Shown here piece after piece: positions 60,847 through 64,000 of a stretch of DNA of 64,000 nucleotides; within the stretch, counting starts at the first letter, position 1; each line of letters opens with the position of its first letter. Origin of the DNA: an uncultured Lichenicoccus sp. (GTDB lineage Bacteria; Pseudomonadota; Alphaproteobacteria; Acetobacterales; Acetobacteraceae). The DNA is taken from positions 194,982 to 258,981 of the forward strand of contig CBDCAC010000002.1 of the NCBI GenBank assembly GCA_965213775.1, written 5' to 3'. Both the position numbers and the translations under genes were made by a program. Under the pieces are notes generated by a model. That model was given only the letters and a program-made list of their open reading frames with translations. It did not search any database and had not been told where the DNA came from.

Positions 60847-61701
60847 ATGGAACAGCACAGTGCCGACGCCGCATCGCTGCAGCACCGCATCGAAGCCATC
60901 TGGCCGCGTCGCGAGACGCTGTCGTCGGCGACCCGCGGCGAGGATCGCGACGCCGTCGATGCCGCACTCGACGGGCTGGACGATGGCAGCCTGCGCGTGG
61001 CCGAACCGGGAGCCTCGGGCTGGATCGTCCATGAGTGGCTGAAGAAGGCGGTGCTGCTGTCGTTCCGCCTGAACGACAGCGTGCCGATGCCGGGCGCCGC
61101 AGGGGCGCCGGTGTTCGACAAGGTGCCGATCAAGTTCGCCGGCTGGGACGCGCAGCGCTTCGCCGCGGCAGGCTTCCGCGCGGTGCCGGGAGCGGTGGTG
61201 CGGCGCTCCGCGTACGTCGCACCCGGGGTGGTGCTGATGCCCTGCTTCGTCAATGCCGGGGCGCGTATCGGGCAGGGCAGCATGATCGATAGCTGGGCCA
61301 CCGTCGGCAGCTGCGCGCAGATCGGTCGCGACTGCCATATCAGCGGCGGGGTCGGCATCGGCGGCGTGCTGGAGCCGCTGCAGGCCGCACCCGTGATCAT
61401 CGAGGATGGCTGCTTCATAGGCGCCCGCTCCGAGGTGGCCGAGGGCGTGGTGGTCGAGCGCGGCAGCGTGCTGGCGATGGGCGTGTTCCTCGGCGCCTCC
61501 ACCAAGATCGTCGACCGCGCCACCGGCGAGCTGTTCGTCGGTAGGGTGCCTGCCCACTCGGTGGTGGTGCCCGGCTACCTGCCGCCCGCCGGGGGATCCT
61601 CGAACCTGGCGCTGCCCGGGCTGGCCTGTGCGGTGATCGTCAAGCGGGTCGACGAGCGCACCCGTGCCAAGACCGCCGTGAACGACCTGTTGCGCGATTG
61701 A
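60847..61701 (+). CDS. dapD: tetrahydrodipicolinate N-succinyltransferase
   Basis: [41 protein letters not shown]. Confidence 0.96.
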   Translation: MEQHSADAASLQHRIEAIWPRRETLSSATRGEDRDAVDAALDGLDDGSLRVAEPGASGWIVHEWLKKAVLLSFRLNDSVPMPGAAGAPVFDKVPIKFAGWDAQRFAAAGFRAVPGAVVRRSAYVAPGVVLMPCFVNAGARIGQGSMIDSWATVGSCAQIGRDCHISGGVGIGGVLEPLQAAPVIIEDGCFIGARSEVAEGVVVERGSVLAMGVFLGASTKIVDRATGELFVGRVPAHSVVVPGYLPPAGGSSNLALPGLACAVIVKRVDERTRAKTAVNDLLRD

Positions 61702-62858
61702 TCGCCTCCCCGCACCACGATCCGCTGCCGCTCGCCCAGGCGCTGATCCGCGCGCGCTCGGTCACTCCGGCCGACGATGGCGCGCAGGCGGTGCTCGCCG
61801 ACGCGCTCGTCGGGCTCGGCTTCGAGGTGCGGCATCTGCCCTTCGGCGACACCGAGCAGCCGACGCGCAACCTGTTCGCGCGCATCGGCAGCGCCGCCCC
61901 GCATATCTGCTTCGCCGGCCACACCGACGTGGTGCCGCCGGGCGACGCGGCCTGGAGTGTGCCGCCGTTCGCGGCCTCGCTGCGCGACGGCGTGCTCTAC
62001 GGCCGTGGCGCCTGCGACATGAAGGGCGCCATCGCCTGCTTCGTCGCGGCGGCGGCGGCGCATCTGGCGGCGCGGGCGGAGTCGGAGCCGGGTGGCGCCG
62101 GATCGATCAGCCTGCTGATCACCGGCGACGAGGAGGGGCCGGCGACCGAAGGCACCGTCCGCGTGCTGGACTGGATGGCCTCGCACGGCCAGATCCCGGA
62201 TTTCTGCCTGGTGGGCGAGCCCACCAACCCGGGCGCGCTGGGCGAGACGATCAAGGTCGGGCGTCGCGGCAGCCTGAACGCGCGCATCGTCGTCGAGGGC
62301 GTCCAGGGCCACGTCGCCTATCCGCAGCGCGCCGACAACCCGGTGCACCGCCTGCTGGGGATGCTGTCGGCCCTGACCGGGACCGCCCTCGATGACGGCA
62401 GCGCCTGGTTCGAGCCTTCGAGCCTGCAGGTCACCAGCGTCGATGTCGGCAACCAGACGACCAACCTGATCCCCGCGCGCGCCGAGGCGCGCCTGAACAT
62501 CCGCTTCAACGACCGCCACAGCGGGGAGTCGGTCTCGCGCTGGCTGCGGCAGATCTGTGCGGCGCACGCGCCCGCGACGGTGCCGGAGCTGCGCCTCAGC
62601 GGCGAGGCGTTCCTCGCCGAGCCGGGGCCCTACGTGGCGGCGCTGCGCCGCGCGGTCACGGCGCGGACCGGCCTCACCCCCGGTCTCGATACCGGCGGCG
62701 GCACCTCGGACGCCCGTTTCATCGCCCGCCACTGTCCGGTCGCGGAGTTCGGCCTGGTCGGTGCGAGCATGCACAAGGCGGACGAACACGTGACGCTGTC
62801 CGATCTCCATCGCCTCGCCTCGATCTATCGTGCGTTCCTGGCCGGGGTGCCGGCATGA
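61698..62858 (+). CDS. dapE: succinyl-diaminopimelate desuccinylase
   Basis: [43 protein letters not shown]. Confidence 0.96.
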   Translation: MIASPHHDPLPLAQALIRARSVTPADDGAQAVLADALVGLGFEVRHLPFGDTEQPTRNLFARIGSAAPHICFAGHTDVVPPGDAAWSVPPFAASLRDGVLYGRGACDMKGAIACFVAAAAAHLAARAESEPGGAGSISLLITGDEEGPATEGTVRVLDWMASHGQIPDFCLVGEPTNPGALGETIKVGRRGSLNARIVVEGVQGHVAYPQRADNPVHRLLGMLSALTGTALDDGSAWFEPSSLQVTSVDVGNQTTNLIPARAEARLNIRFNDRHSGESVSRWLRQICAAHAPATVPELRLSGEAFLAEPGPYVAALRRAVTARTGLTPGLDTGGGTSDARFIARHCPVAEFGLVGASMHKADEHVTLSDLHRLASIYRAFLAGVPA

Positions 62859-63481
62859 AGTCGCCGATGCAGCGGCGCGGGCCGAAGCGGACCGGCGGCG
62901 GACCGGCGCTGGGCGGCGGGGTGATACAGGGGCTGCTGCTGATCGCGCGCGGCCGACGGGAGGGACTGGACTGCTTCGGCGCCACCACCGATGCGTTCCT
63001 CTCCGCGCTCGCCCCGGCGCTGGCGTTCCTGCTGGTCGGCGGCCTGCTGATGCTGCTGCGCGAGCCGAGTGCCGTCGGCGGCACCCTGGTGCTGCTGTCG
63101 TTCTGCGTGCTGCTGCTGCCGCCGGTGCTGTCGCACGCGCTGGCCGGCAGCTGGCAGCGACGCACCCTGTGGCTGCGCTATGCCACGGCGGCCCTGTGGT
63201 GCGGCTGGCTGGTGATCTTCGCCGCCTACCTGCCGGCGATGCTGGTGCTGCTGGTGCTGCAGCAGCTCGGCGTGCCGGCCGGGGTCGCCGAGGCGGCCCT
63301 GCTGATCCTGGTCACCGGCTACTGGCTCTGGCTGCACTGGTTCCTGGCCTGGCGGGGGCTGGCGCTGAGCTGGACGCGTGCCGCGATCCTGGTCGGCTCG
63401 GTGATCGTGGCGACCGCGCTGCTGTGCGGGGTCGCGCAGCTGCTGCCGCCGCATGTCGGCATGTCGCTGGCGCTGAAGTAG
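62855..63481 (+). CDS. hypothetical membrane protein
   Basis: ATGA overlap with dapE; several hydrophobic segments. Confidence 0.75.
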   Translation: MKSPMQRRGPKRTGGGPALGGGVIQGLLLIARGRREGLDCFGATTDAFLSALAPALAFLLVGGLLMLLREPSAVGGTLVLLSFCVLLLPPVLSHALAGSWQRRTLWLRYATAALWCGWLVIFAAYLPAMLVLLVLQQLGVPAGVAEAALLILVTGYWLWLHWFLAWRGLALSWTRAAILVGSVIVATALLCGVAQLLPPHVGMSLALK

Positions 63482-63515
63482 CGCCTCATGGCGACGGCCT
63501 GCCCGACGGTCAGGC

Positions 63516-63625
63516 GGCAAGGCCGGGCTCTGCCCAGACCCGCCAAAGGCCTAGGCCTTTGGAAACCGTTCTAAAGTGATCGGATTCACGGCTTGCCTTG
63601 AGCGGGTCCAGGGCAGAGCCCTGGC
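63516..63625. repeat. dispersed palindromic repeat, full copy (family B)
   Basis: Arms near-identical to 48882-48994. Confidence 0.88.
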
Positions 63626-63654
63626 GCTTGCGTCATATGCAAGGGCCGTCGGTA

Positions 63655-64000
63655 TCAGGCGGCGAACGGATCCTCGCGGTAGGCCACCGCGACCAGGCAC
63701 AGCCCGTCGGGCGGCGCGGTCGGGCCGGCCGCGCGGCGGTCGCGCGCGGCCAGCGCCTCGGCCACCCGCTCGCCGCTCCAGCGTCCGTCTCCCACCAGCT
63801 TCAGCGTGCCCGCCAGGTTGCGCACCTGATGGTGCAGGAACGAGCGCGCCTCCGCCTCGATGCTGACGATCTCGCCGTGCCGCGTCACCTCGAGCCGGTC
63901 GAGGGTGCGCCACGGGCTGTCGGCCTGGCATGAGGCGGCGCGGAAGGAGCTGAAATCATGGCGTCCGAGCAGGCGCTGTGCGGCCTCGTGCATCGCCGGC
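63655..64000 (-). CDS. truA: tRNA pseudouridine(38-40) synthase, C-terminal part
   Basis: [30 protein letters not shown]. Confidence 0.93.
   Translation of the reverse strand, partial: PAMHEAAQRLLGRHDFSSFRAASCQADSPWRTLDRLEVTRHGEIVSIEAEARSFLHHQVRNLAGTLKLVGDGRWSGERVAEALAARDRRAAGPTAPPDGLCLVAVAYREDPFAA

Overview
High-GC alphaproteobacterial chromosome segment, almost entirely housekeeping genes. Gene content, the two-piece permuted tmRNA and the thyX-ssrA-sspB-fumA and sdhCDAB-asd order suggest Rhodospirillales/Acetobacteraceae (inference). Recognisable genes include argFD, cspA, carD, recX, tatA, mtnBDC, ribF-ileS-lspA, mutL, parE, degP (frameshifted), opgC, mrp, thyX, ssrA, sspB, fumA, opgGH, nfuA-like, rutE-like, tsaB, rimI, tusA, mucR, fur, olsB, lnt, sdhCDAB, asd, zwf, dapDE and truA. 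No rRNA, tRNA, CRISPR array, prophage or transposase gene was seen. The less ordinary signals are mostly small. (1) A compact transcription unit at about 17985-18199 (- strand) encodes a 29-aa peptide behind a 15-nt perfect complement of the 16S rRNA 3' tail. (2) A stand-alone NuoM paralogue sits just upstream of a cytochrome P450. (3) An AT-rich regulatory island precedes a nearly uncharged 97-aa orphan protein. (4) A dispersed palindromic repeat family has 6 copies, one nested inside IS-like inverted ends. (5) In-frame minisatellites lie inside Lnt (7 RGD motifs) and inside a degenerate GGDEF protein. (6) A G-tract array lies in a divergent promoter region. (7) Several genes appear to need non-canonical (CTG/ATA) coupled starts. 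All family assignments are from motif recognition by eye; no searches were run.
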